DNA from: Klebsormidium nitens
Lineage: Eukaryota; Plantae; Klebsormidiophyceae
Assembly (NCBI GenBank): GCA_000708835.1
Contig: DF237425.1
Coordinates: 4,322 to 68,321, forward strand
Length of the DNA stretch: 64,000 nucleotides
Direction: 5' to 3'
Below the pieces are notes generated by a model. It worked only from the letters and a program-made list of their open reading frames with translations, did no database searches and had not been told where the DNA came from. Made by a program: the position numbers and the translations under genes. This document shows positions 9,701 to 19,894 of the stretch, piece by piece (within the stretch, counting starts at the first letter, position 1; each line of letters begins with the position of its first letter).

Positions 9701-12700
9701 TCCTGTTTCTTTTCTTCACAGAATGCTCGGCCAAGTCAAGCGCTTTCAGGAGAGAACCTTTCCCTGGCTTTCAGATCCCCAGGGAGGCGCACGGAGAATG
9801 GAGAGCGGCCGTCGAAGTGCATGCAGGTGGGTTTTCTATCAGTGAGCTTCGATATCGACGTTTTTAGTTTAGTCAAGTGGTTTAGAAGAGAACCTTCCCC
9901 TGGCTTTCAGACCCCCAGGGAGGCGGCCGGAAGCCTCCTTACACAACGGTCGTCGAAAAGCATGCTGGTGGGTTTGCTAATCAAAGAGCTTCGATTTCGA
10001 TGCTCTTCATCCAAAAATCCTGTTTGTTCTCTTGAAAGAACGCCCGGCCGAGTCAGGGCGCGCTTTTAGAAGAGAACCTTCCCCTGGTTTTCAAGTTCCC
10101 CGGGGAGGTGGCCGGTAGCCTCCTCAGGCAACGGCCGTCGAAGAGCATGCCGTTCAGATTGCGGTCATTGATGTTCGATGTCTTAGATTTCCACTTACGC
10201 ATGTCTTCTAGACAAAGCCGGACAAAGCCGACCAACGTGAAGAGCTTGGTGGCCAGCCAATCCTCTGCAATAAGACCAAATCTCACCGCAGTCTACGGAC
10301 TCTCGTTTTGCAGATCAGTGCAGTCAGCAGCGCAACCCGGACGTAGGCGTAACTCGAAGGCTGGGGTTGACACTCTAGGAATCATAAGGTCTCTGGAATC
10401 TCTAAGCTCCGTGAAAATTGTAGAAGCCCAGTCTAACGTAAACAAACCACCGCAACGATTTTCGGACGCTCGTTTGCAGAGCAAGTGCAGTCAGTAGCAC
10501 GACTCGGACGGCGCCGCTCTGATCACGAGCTACCCTTTGGAAACGTCATCAGCTCAGCAAAGATGCTGGGCAGTCGAATCAACAAAAATAGGTCACCGCG
10601 ATGACATTTGGACGCTTATCGCGTGATTCGGACACTTAACGCAATCTTCGGACTCTCGTCTGCAGATCAAGTGCAGTCAGTACCACGACTCGGACGGCGC
10701 GGCTGTGATCATGGGCGACGCCGCTCACGCTTCGGGCCCGAGTATCGGGCAAGGTGTAAATACGGCGTTTGGCGATGCCGCGGCTCTAGCGTCGCTGCTT
10801 CTAAAGATGGTGAGCCTCTCTTAAGCTGTCACTTTTTGCCAGTATTCATCTCTCCACCCATCCCCTGCTCTTGTTTCTTTTGCTTCTGCTTGTTTTTGCT
10901 TCATTCGATTATCATGCTGGAATATCAACGCTTCGGGTCCGGGTATCGGGCAGGGAGTGAACGCGGCTTTGGGCGATGCCGCTGCTCTAGCGTCGCTGCT
11001 TCTAAAGATGGTGAGCGGCTCTGAGGGCTGCCAGTTTCTGCATTCCCTTTCCTCTTATCCCTGTCTTATAGTCCCTCTTGCATCTCCGTGTCCCCATCTC
11101 ACTTCGTCTGCGCCACTGCCCCTAGAGTCGGTAAGCAGCTCACACAAGCTCTGAGGCTGTCACTCTCTTTCTATCTTCCTCTGCATTCTGTTCCCGCTCC
11201 TCTAGAGTAACTTCTTTCTTTGCTCTCTCGTTGCTTCGTGATCTGGTTTCACATTGAGTTTTAGCTGAGAGCGTTGACGTTTTCTCCTCTACGGACCCTG
11301 CTGCCTTCAACACAGAGTTTTCGATGCTTACTAGCAGACACTAGAACACGCAAAAGCAGTCTCACTTGTTCGAAACGTAGTCTTCTGGCTTCCTTTCTGT
11401 AGGGCTCTGCGCTCGACGATGTCACCGCACAACTCACTCAATGCATGGCCAAATGTGGCTGTCAGACAAGACCTTTCAAGACCTGCGTAGCTGTCCATGC
11501 AGTCTCGCCATCCTCCCAAGCCCAGTCAGGATTTAGGGTTTCAAATCGCAAAACCATGAAATCCGACAAAAGTGGTCATGTCTCAAGATGCCGACGTTGA
11601 AAGGATTCCATCGCCCCCAACGTCTGTGTAAACCTCGCTCTGACCAAAACTGCGTGTGCATATCAAATTGTGGCGACACGCAGTCGCATTTCAAGGACGC
11701 GGTGCCACGTTTGCGGACGCTCTCGTCATGGAAGGTTTTGCTGAGGGCGGTTTGCCGGTTAACAGCCTCGCCGCTGCAAAGATCGCTTTGGCCATCGGTT
11801 CATCCTTCTTACCTCCTCTCGTCCTGGATTGAAAAAGCTGGGTTGCGGCCAGGTGCCCCTCTCGTGTTTTATGAATTCTAGCGAGATGCCAATTGGTTTT
11901 CCCCTGTCGTTCCACTTGGACTAAGTACCCAAGCCACGTACTTACCCCAGCGTCTCGTTTTCTCGAGGACATTTTAGGGGTTGTCCGCTTCTTTGCGCTG
12001 CACGTGCTGAAGGGGTGTGTTCTCCGCTGGGAGATCATGACGTGAGCATGATGTCGTGAGTCGTACTTACCGCCATAACCACATTCAGGGGGATCCCTTC
12101 GAGCTGCCACGGTCCTGGAGCGCATCTCCGCGTTGTGCGCACTGGATGTTAGTCATCGCTTATGGAAAGGCGACCTCAGCTTGATGTTCTAGTAATTGAT
12201 GACGTCACAATCATGTGCAGGGGGATCCCTCGGAGCTGCCCGCGGTCCTGGAGCGCTTCTCCGCGCTGCGAGTGTTGGAAGGTCACGCGCTCGTCGACCT
12301 GTCCGAGAGCCAGAACCCCGCGAGCAGCGCCACGGGCACCCTTAACAGCGTCCGAGTTATCATCCAGGTTAGCGGTAACCCGTTTCCTTCACTTGGTTCA
12401 TTAGTTCAATCCTGCAATGGTTCAAGGTGCGCGAGGAACCCCGCCAGCAGCGGGCACCTTGGACAGCATCCGGGTAGCATCCAGGTCAGTGGTAACCCGT
12501 CTTTTTCTCCCGCTCAAGCCTTCGTTCGTTCATTGAAAGGGACCATATGACCTGCGCATCATACCGTCTTCGTCTACGCAGGCCTCATTCTTCCAATCTA
12601 CTGGCAGCGCCAAATTCGTGAGCAGGCCTCATATTTCGCATTTCCGTGCAGCGCCCAATTCGTAAACGAAAGCCTACATCTGTAAGTCTTTACCGGGCCT

Positions 12701-13510
12701 TCTATGCGGGCCTTGTATCCTCATGACTGACTGGACCCAAATCGTGGACGAGAGCTGACAATTGCGACCTTCATTACAGGGTCTTCTCCGTCGATTCTTT
12801 CCCAAGTGGTTCGCGGGCCCTATTATTGCGATGGCCGCCGGGCTCAAGCCGCTGACGGAGATCTACGCAATCCATAAGGTATTATAGTTGGCATAGGCTA
12901 TATTTTATTCCTCTTTTTTCGCAAGAACGACCGGTTGTGTTTTGGTGACTTTGTTTCACGATCGGATTTGAGCAATTGCGTCAAATCTGTCTCGATTGTT
13001 TTTGTCGGCGCGGCACTAAGCAAAGCGGGAGGCCCTTAGGACGACGAAAGTTCAGAGTCGACAGAGGCAAAGCCAGTCCTCATTGCAACCGTTCAGCCAA
13101 GTTCGACGCAGGAGACTAAGACTGTCTTACCAAGTCTGGGCAGTTGACTCTTCTTCTGGCAATGTGCGCGGAAGGACGCTCTAGCATGAGGTTGGGGGCT
13201 CTGGCAGGTTCCATTAAGCACACCTTACCTTAAGCGCCCTTTCAAAATGAAAATCAATCAAATCAGAATAGTAGAGACGAGACAGAGCGAAGGAGATAAA
13301 TAGATAAGAACAGGGAAAGGAGAAGGATTGGACAGGCCTTCTGCTCTGCAGGCTGCCGTGGATTCCGTTCTCGAAGGGAACCGGAAGCACCGGACGGCTC
13401 TCCTGGAGCGGAGACACCGGGAGAAGCTCCAGGGGCTTGAAGCGTTGTTGCCCAACGGCACTGCGTCGGGACACGTGGCAGCAGATCCGGGTCTCAAGAA
13501 GACGGCGTGA
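3798..13510 (+). CDS. FAD-dependent monooxygenase (group A flavoprotein, kynurenine-3-monooxygenase-like family), about 496 aa, 10 exons
   Basis: Exons 3798-3946, 4718-4790, 5644-5786, 6490-6735, 7671-7814, 9465-9651, 10666-10809, 12221-12367, 12780-12878, 13352-13510. All introns are GT-AG and phases join without stops. Motifs: Rossmann VVIIGAGPSG, DG motif DLLVGADGVRSVVR, GD motif GDAAHASGPSIGQGVNTAFGDA. The start codon and last exon are less certain, and the substrate is unknown. Confidence 0.85.
5140..5700 (+). repeat. Array of acceptor + exon-3-start copies (three decayed, one functional)
   Basis: CAG|GCTCGTGGC..ATCGACCAYATGAA..ATCTWCGT begins at 5315, 5472 and 5644 (functional), with a more decayed copy near 5143. 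Period is 157-172 bp and the upstream intron sequence is also repeated. Confidence 0.9.
6300..6580 (+). repeat. Duplicated acceptor + 5' part of exon 4
   Basis: TATAG|GCACCGCAAGTCC..TTCCTCCATAAGTGCACCGGCGTTGAC at 6310 matches TACAG|GCACGGCAAATCC..TTCCTCCATAAGTGTACCGGCGTTGAC at 6490. Offset is 180 bp. Confidence 0.9.
7060..7710 (+). repeat. Decayed copies of acceptor + exon-5 start
   Basis: GCAG|TTTCGACTAC(T)GAGCAGCGCG..TCTTGGCTCC at 7211 and 7671 (functional), a copy with mutated acceptor near 7491, and a remnant AATCTTGGCTCCG near 7075. Confidence 0.8.
8740..10155 (+). repeat. Half-exon arrays on both sides of exon 6 (five upstream acceptor copies, three downstream donor copies)
   Basis: GCAG|GCCCGAYGGCGAGACGTCGATGTGCCTGATCCTC-like starts at about 8748, 8910, 9033, 9180, 9325 and 9465 (functional). 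TTCCCCTGG..GAGGCGGCCGGAAGCCT..CGGCCGTCGAAGAGCATGCAG|GTGGGT-like ends at 9652 (functional), 9827, 9968 and about 10152 (donor lost). Confidence 0.92.
10300..11016 (+). repeat. Half-exon copies around exon 7 (two upstream, one downstream)
   Basis: TTGCAG|..AGTGCAGTCAG at 10314 and 10480, versus functional 10666. The 81-nt 3' half plus GTGAGC donor (10729-10815) is repeated at 10930-11016. Confidence 0.92.
12080..12500 (+). repeat. Half-exon copies around exon 8 (one upstream, one downstream)
   Basis: CAG|GGGGATCCCT..GAGCTGCC..CGGTCCTGGAGCGC at 12089 and 12221 (functional). GAACCCCGC..AGCAGC..GGGCACCTT..ACAGC..TCCG..CATCCAG|GT..GGTAACCCGT ends at 12368 (functional) and 12485. Confidence 0.85.
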
Positions 13511-14838
13511 CGATGTTGCGTTGTCGGGTCCCAGGAATTGGCTTGCGTGCTATGCGTTGCAGTGCGTAGACTTTACGCTCACTGGATATGCCTGCTGATC
13601 GCTACACTTCCGTACATAGATAAAGATATCCTGCGTCCTACTCCTCCGTTTTGTAAGTTTAGAACTTTGAATAGGATCACCGTCGTCTGTACAGATCCCT
13701 TGCAAATCCTGCTTTTGCTCGCGAGCGGCCTTGAGCTCTAGCACTGGTCCTGAACATCAAAAACAAAGCTGCGTGTCGATAGTCTTTGCGTAAGTAAGAC
13801 ATTACCAATCTACCTAACTCGCTCGCGTGATGTCTGCAAAATGGAGTCCAGCTACACCGCAAGATCGGTACGTGTCATGCAGAACGATGGCTACAGTAGG
13901 TTTGGACGTTTACTCTGAAATGCCATAGGGCGGGGGTGACGGTGTAAAGAGCTTCCGACGCGGCGACAGCTACAAATGAATCCCGGCGGCCCACGTACGA
14001 GATCTCTTTCCGTTTCAAAAGGAACTTGCAACTTTTGACGGCTGCAATGCATCGAGCTCCTTGCATGATTCATCAAGAGTAGATTGCGGCCGCCGCGCGC
14101 GGCCGGCTGATCATCGTTAAGTTCGATCCGACCGTCACGTTGGCGGCCGCCCTGAACTGGCGGCCGCGTCGCGGCTCGATCATGGGCAGCACAGGATATG
14201 TTCAAGTTACGTACGGTACGGACTCGATTTGTGTGCATGTCATTTGGGATCCGGTAATTGCAAACATTTTTTAGTCTCTGCACCTTATTTGCGGGACATG
14301 CAGCTGGATCGAACTCACTTATAGCGGCTCTTGTACGGTATGTATATCATGCAGTCAAAGGAGCGTTGATTTGATCCGATCCGTGATTCTGGCAGGCCGG
14401 GCCTCCAATTTAGACTCTGGATCATGGTATTGCCGCGCGCCAGCGTTCATGGGCTCGAAGCACATGATGGGCTGACTCAATCGAACCTAAGCGTATATAG
14501 CAGAATTGAGTTGCATGTAAAGCTTCCTCGATCCGGTGCAATCATTTCTGAGGGTTTCAACTGCATGATGAGTTCCCCGAGGACGTAAACACGTTATCCG
14601 ACAGAACTGAGTCTTCAGCGTGCCTTGCCAGCCGTCTTCGTATGAAAGTGCTCAGGCCACATCTGTTCAAAGTCACGTACGGTGAGCGACTGAGTCTCTT
14701 CTCATGAAAGATCAGAGTACCAGACGCAAGCCCTCTAGGTCAACAGCCTCTGTGACTAGCTCGGCCAACCGAAGCTGAAGGGCCCTCAGAAAAGGCTCCG
14801 TCAGATATCTCTCCGTCGTTAAGTGGCCACGTCATCCG

Positions 14839-16769
14839 TCAAGCTGCCGCCACGTTGATAAGCTCCAAATTCGGCCTGGCCCCGTGCGCCTCAGAATCTG
14901 ATCGCCCCTCTCTAGTTTTTTCTACGGACGCGAGCTTGGCCTTTACGTATGGTATGTAAAATTCGCCTAGCCGGTCGCGGACGTCCGGCAGCAGGTAGTC
15001 GCTCCAGCGGATGATCCCCCGGCAGCGAGCGGAGCCGCAGCAACATTTCAAGGGGGGCTGCAGGGGCGAACTAGAGCGGTGTGAATGAGGGTAACAAAGC
15101 GGACTGTCTTCTTAAAATTTCAAACCTGAGTTACAGCACGAGCGGTCGAATAGCGTACCAGGTAGCTGTCGCTCCAGAGGATGATCCCCCGGCAGCGAGC
15201 GGAGCCGCATCAACACTCAATCACAGACAAGAACTCTCATTTATCATTACACAAGGGTGCCAGAACGTGTCAGTGTTAAGGCTCTTAGAGGGGGCTGCAG
15301 TAGAACTAGAGCCGGGTGGAAACTTAGGGAATCAAGTTCCTCTTAAGCGGAGCACAGGGTAGATTACACTGTTTTGCTAGAGACTCGGGCGACTTGTGCG
15401 GTTTGGGAAAAGGCCTGCCAGACTTGTTTGGCCTAGGAGCCCTTCTCTGTAAACGCCGAAAATTTCCAGGTCCAAGGAAATGTGCATAGTTCCATAAGGA
15501 GGACTTATTGGACCCGTACTTAAGCCCGACGTCAGGAGGCGACAGCAAGGCATGCATCTCGGTCACATCGTCGCCTAGAAATGCGGTATTAGCCGCATGC
15601 CTCAGCACGTACTAGTACTGCTTGTAGTGGCCGGTTGACGACGTCAAGTAGACGCCGTCTTTAAAGCGCCTACATATTTGATGACGCCATCTTTAGGCGC
15701 CTACGAGGTTTGATGACGCCATCTTCAGGCGCCTTTGGGATTTGATGACACCCTCTTCAGTTGCCTACGAAGTCTGATGACGCACATACGAGTCTTTGCT
15801 TACGTGGATATCCCACGTCTCGGAAGTGGCGTAGTCGAACGTCAGCTCTTCGCCTGCCTGGATGTCGCGAGTGGCCGCCATTTCGAAAGTTGACACCCAG
15901 CCGATGTTCGGATCGCAGTTATGGTTCGTAAAGACGTTCCCGTCCCGCCACACGTCGGCCTCAGTGGGGGGGCCAATGAACTCAGTTTCGCTAACCTGCG
16001 AAACGAAGTGAAGTTTGAGCCGTAGAAATTTGATTGTAACCCCAGTGGATCTGAAATGATGACGTGGGCAGGGACTGGCGGGTTCTCTATTGTATGGCCG
16101 AATGGAAAGACCGTGACAGATTGCCGTGTTCGGAATTTCTCTATCCTCAAAATTCTGAAGCCGTCGCACTGTGCGGCTGATGTTCAACAAGACTTCTACG
16201 CCTCCCTCAAAAGAAGTCGGGGCTTGGGAACAGAGGCTGTCACGAGGACTGGAACACGTTCAAAGGATTCACGGCGATACGCTTCCCTCTCTGAGAAAGG
16301 ACGCTCGAAATCTTCGTCGAACAAACTGTCCGTTGTCAAGAAGCAGCGATGCTCATTGGCTCAATAAGGTTGAAAAACACTGCGGCGAGTCAACAGAGTC
16401 TAAGATTCTGGCGGCCCCTAGACGTACTCAGTTAAATTGCCGTTGCAGGAGGCAACCTTACCTCTCGAAACAAAGCAGGAGGCCAAGAAACTGACTGGAA
16501 TGGCGACCAGACGAGAATCTCAAATGGAACCGGAGAAGACGATCAAAGACCGAAATGCAGATCGGAAAAGATACGGGAAAGATAAACAACGAACGCAAAT
16601 GCTTACCTGATAAAAGTAGTGGAACACGTGCTCTTGTTGCTCTCGGCTCATTGCTTGAATGGCTGCCGTAGTAATTGTCACGCTAATCGCGCTTGGACCT
16701 TTCCATACAGTTTCTCCTTTTTCGATAGCGCCCCTGGCCACCAGCCCAAAGCCCTCGACGGGGGACTTT
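14839..16769 (-). CDS. Small SET + post-SET domain protein-lysine methyltransferase (SET gene 1; 5' end unresolved)
   Basis: Exons 16769-16607, 15995-15804, 15057-14839. Motifs: KSPVEGFGLVARGAIEKGETVW, NHNCDPN, GEELTFDYATSE, post-SET CCCGSARCRG. A stop codon lies in frame just upstream of the 16770 acceptor, so further 5' exons are required. Confidence 0.85.
15651..15785. repeat. 32-bp intronic minisatellite, about 4 copies
   Basis: TTTGATGACGCCATCTTYAGGCGCCT-type units start at 15677, 15709 and 15741, with partial units at 15651 and 15773. Confidence 0.9.
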
Positions 16770-16937
16770 CTGCAGATGACAAAGGTACACAATTCGCATC
16801 AGCCGCAACTCTCAATTACAGCTTAGTTGAAGTCAGGACAACGTGCAAACTGCAGATCAGAAACTGGAACGGGGGCTCGAGAGGTACGGGCTGATGCTAA
16901 GGTTAGGGACGCCGGCGCGGCTTGTGGGCGCTCATTT

Positions 16938-18297
16938 CTAAATCCATTCGTCTCGGCCCTCAGCGTTCCAAGCATGTTGGCGTGTTTCTGTCAAAGTCAG
17001 TTGAGGCTGGCCTCTAACAGGGATGACAGCCAAAGTTCGGCAATAATCTGTCTGTGTCTGTCCCGCTCTTGTGAGCTCTCGGTGGAGCTGAAAGAAACTG
17101 TGACGACTTGCTAGGAGCACAGAAATGAAAATGTCTGTTCCCTCATAATTCCTGACCTTTCTGAACCTCTTTCGCAAAGTCTGTCAAAGACAAATCATTG
17201 CAGCTAGCAGCCAGCTCGGGTACACGTAAACAAAAGAAATCTGAACCAGTTGCAGTGAATACGGTTCCAGACGTGGGATTGTCCACATGTGTTCGACCCG
17301 GGCTTTGCTCTTCACTCAGCAGATTAGCTCTTCCCTGAAGGGTTAGCGCAGTTGAGCACTTAAAAGAGCACTGGACCTTTAACATTTAAAGAGCTCCCAA
17401 TCTCGTCGATACGGACTCCGTCATTCCCTGATGGTCTGTGGCCTTTCCTTACCGAAGATACACCTTCTCGTTGACTCCTGGCAAGGGAATACTGCTGGCG
17501 TTAGGAGGGCTGCTGCCGCATGTCGTAGGATGATTCGCCTGTAGTGTAGAAGTGTCACAAAGTATCCCTGAGCTGCTGCCTTTAGATTGATAGGTGTAGC
17601 CTCTAAGCTAGCCAGAAGATAATGCGTAAGTACGTGCAACCTTCAGGGGACGTCTCGAGTTTCTTGACAAGCCTAGGAGGTTTCAGATGTGTGAAACCTT
17701 CTAAGAGACTTTGGTATTGGCCGCTTTCAAGCCAGAGTACATTGGTCTCAAGCTGCCAGCTTAGCCATGCGTGGACCTTCAGAGGAGGAGCAGGAAACGT
17801 GACCATTGAAAGTGAAGCACCAAACTCTGGACACGTCGCATGTCCGTTTTCAGCAGCCCTTCGTCCGTTGAAAAGTCCTCAGAGCTTGTTTGCACAGGAG
17901 ATCCCCCTCATTTGCACACAAGCGTGGACCAGTTGAGTAACTCGCTGCGGACTGTGCCAGATATGTGCCGAGAGTCAGCATATGGAGGTCTACCAACGTC
18001 CAGTCAACTGAACCCAAAAGATTGTGTCCTGATGCAAAGGAACAATGTTTGTGACTTCCAAGCAAGCTTACTAAAAAAGCAACTCACCTCACACTTCGGC
18101 ACGGGCGCTTTGCCACCACAGTCAGAAACGGTTTGGAAAAGAACGTCCCCTCCGCTGCTTGCCGCCTGGGGCTCCTCGTTACAGCTGGACGACAGAAGAT
18201 CTAGCTCACTCGCCGAAGTGTTTGAGCTGGCTCCACAGGAAAACTGTGGAATCCCAGCTACTGGAGAGCTGGCCGCGATCTCTGCATTAGGAGCCAT
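16938..18297 (-). CDS. Possible 5' exons of SET gene 1, or a separate short gene (low-complexity, no recognisable domain)
   Basis: ATG at 18297 opens 70 codons ending at a strong GAG|GTGAGT donor (18088). Several AG/GT-bounded open segments lie between about 17770 and 16940. I could not find one consistent phase path into the SET exon. Confidence 0.3.
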
Positions 18298-18886
18298 GGT
18301 TTATCTTACACCCCTGCCAGCTGCAGCGTTTCTCAAGTGCTGTCAATGTCCAGCGACATCTCTAAAGTGTGATGGGCAGAGCGGCGGTCGTTTGGGGTTG
18401 GCAATCAACTGGCGCCCCGGATGATCCCTTGAACGCCGATGCTTAGGAAAGAGAGGGCTGAGCCAGATCAGCGTGTTGTGGAAGATGGTTTTCCAGCCCA
18501 AGGCTTTTTACAAGATAATCAAATCCTGGGTGTTTCTCCGCAGGCTTTAAACGTTAAGTAGCAGCGCCACTTCGGCTTTTATCGCAGCTCCGCAGCTTGC
18601 AAGATGCGTCAGGCGCGCTGCTTGAATGTTAGACGTTAACAGGCGGCTGCGGCGTGCATTATGCTCTTTCTTTCTTGCTCAGGAGTCAGATGTGCTGAGC
18701 TGAAAATGACCTCTACAGACTCCAGAGGCAGGATCGTCAACTGCAATGCCCGGGAAACAGGGAAGACTAAGTCTTGGATGATGACTGAGCTCAGTGATGT
18801 TCGGCAACGCCCGCTCTGACAGTCTTGGCATCTGGCAGCTTCTAAAGTTCTGGCCCACATCTAGCTGTCAAAATGGTTGCTTTAAC

Positions 18887-19121
18887 CAGTGTTCGACAAG
18901 AGCCGACCCCCAGGCAAACAGCAGCCGACGAAGGTGCCGACCGAACGTTACCGGAGTTACCGAACGGAGGGGCGTCGCCGCGTCGGCCGAAAAGCGGTGG
19001 ACAAGCTAGGCGAATTCCGGGTGTTTGGCCGGGAAGAGCCGACCGGTTCCGGGCTCAGCTGACCGACCGGAGAAACAGTCGGCTTGGAGTCGACAAAATC
19101 GAAGCTCCGTATCGAACGCTT
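18887..19121. mobile_element. MITE-like element, family A copy 2
   Basis: Starts CAGTGTTCGACAAGAGCCG (copy 1: CAGTGTTCGACACGAGCCG). Shares internal blocks GAGGGGCGTC..GGCCGAAAAGC, GCCGACCGGTTC and GACCGGAGAA..CAGTCGGC, and ends TCGAACGCTT. No TSD is preserved. Confidence 0.7.
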
Positions 19122-19146
19122 GGTACAAACCCGGCCCTCGAAGTTT

Positions 19147-19538
19147 GGAGTCCGGACAATTGATTACTGGTAGCGGTAACCTCCACTGTCCAGGCTCCAG
19201 AGTAGGACCTCCTAGGTATACAGACGGGCCGAAGCAGCAAGCGCGGCGGTTGCAACGCCAACAGCTCTACTACAGTAGTACAGCGGTACCTACCGTCGAG
19301 TAAATGATACATGGGCTCAGCTGAATTATGCACGATAATGGCACATGGATGCGCGCGCCGCCCTCAGGCTCCGGGGGACCCGATAATACAGGGCCGTCCA
19401 CGACTCACAGAAGTCGATCACAGTACAGGATTCCATGCAGATGCCCACAAAGATATTATTGTTCAGTAGGTACTCGCAACCAGTTACAAATCAGCGAGTC
19501 ACAAAAGTACCCACAGTGCAATCAATTGTCCGGACTCC
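19147..19538. mobile_element. 392-bp element with perfect 19-bp terminal inverted repeats (MITE-like family B)
   Basis: GGAGTCCGGACAATTGATT (19147-19165) is the exact reverse complement of AATCAATTGTCCGGACTCC (19520-19538). No coding capacity was recognised and no clear TSD was found. Confidence 0.6.
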
Positions 19539-19894
19539 GAAGGTCATCACATTGTGATGATTGATCTGGATTCTGAAGTCGGCTGAACTTTCGGAACACA
19601 AACTGTGTATGCAGTATACAAGGTGGAGGAACCCTCTGCGACAAGTGGTATGGTTTCACACCTCCGATTCAGAAGTGGCCAGCTCGAGACATACAAGCTT
19701 CAAGTTCAGCTCAGGTTGCTGCTCTCCCCTCCGCATGCTGCTCTCTTCTCTTCATTTGAATCCTGTCTTGAAGCTTGTCCTTGCAGCACAAACAACGACT
19801 TGGTCATAGCTCAGAACTTGCAATCTCAAGCGGTGGCGCTTCAACTTTATCGCTTTCCTGCGTGCTCCGACGACGCTGGCTCCTTCAGTGAAAC

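Noticed and set aside
12578-12663. Two 44-bp-period copies beginning GCAG|GCCTCA as candidate exon 9
   Set aside because: One copy stops early and the other gives a phase mismatch. The 12780-12878 exon joins exon 8 in phase and reads like the family C-terminus, so these are treated as an intronic duplication.
15651-15785. 32-bp near-palindromic repeats as a CRISPR array
   Set aside because: Units are directly adjacent with no unique spacers.
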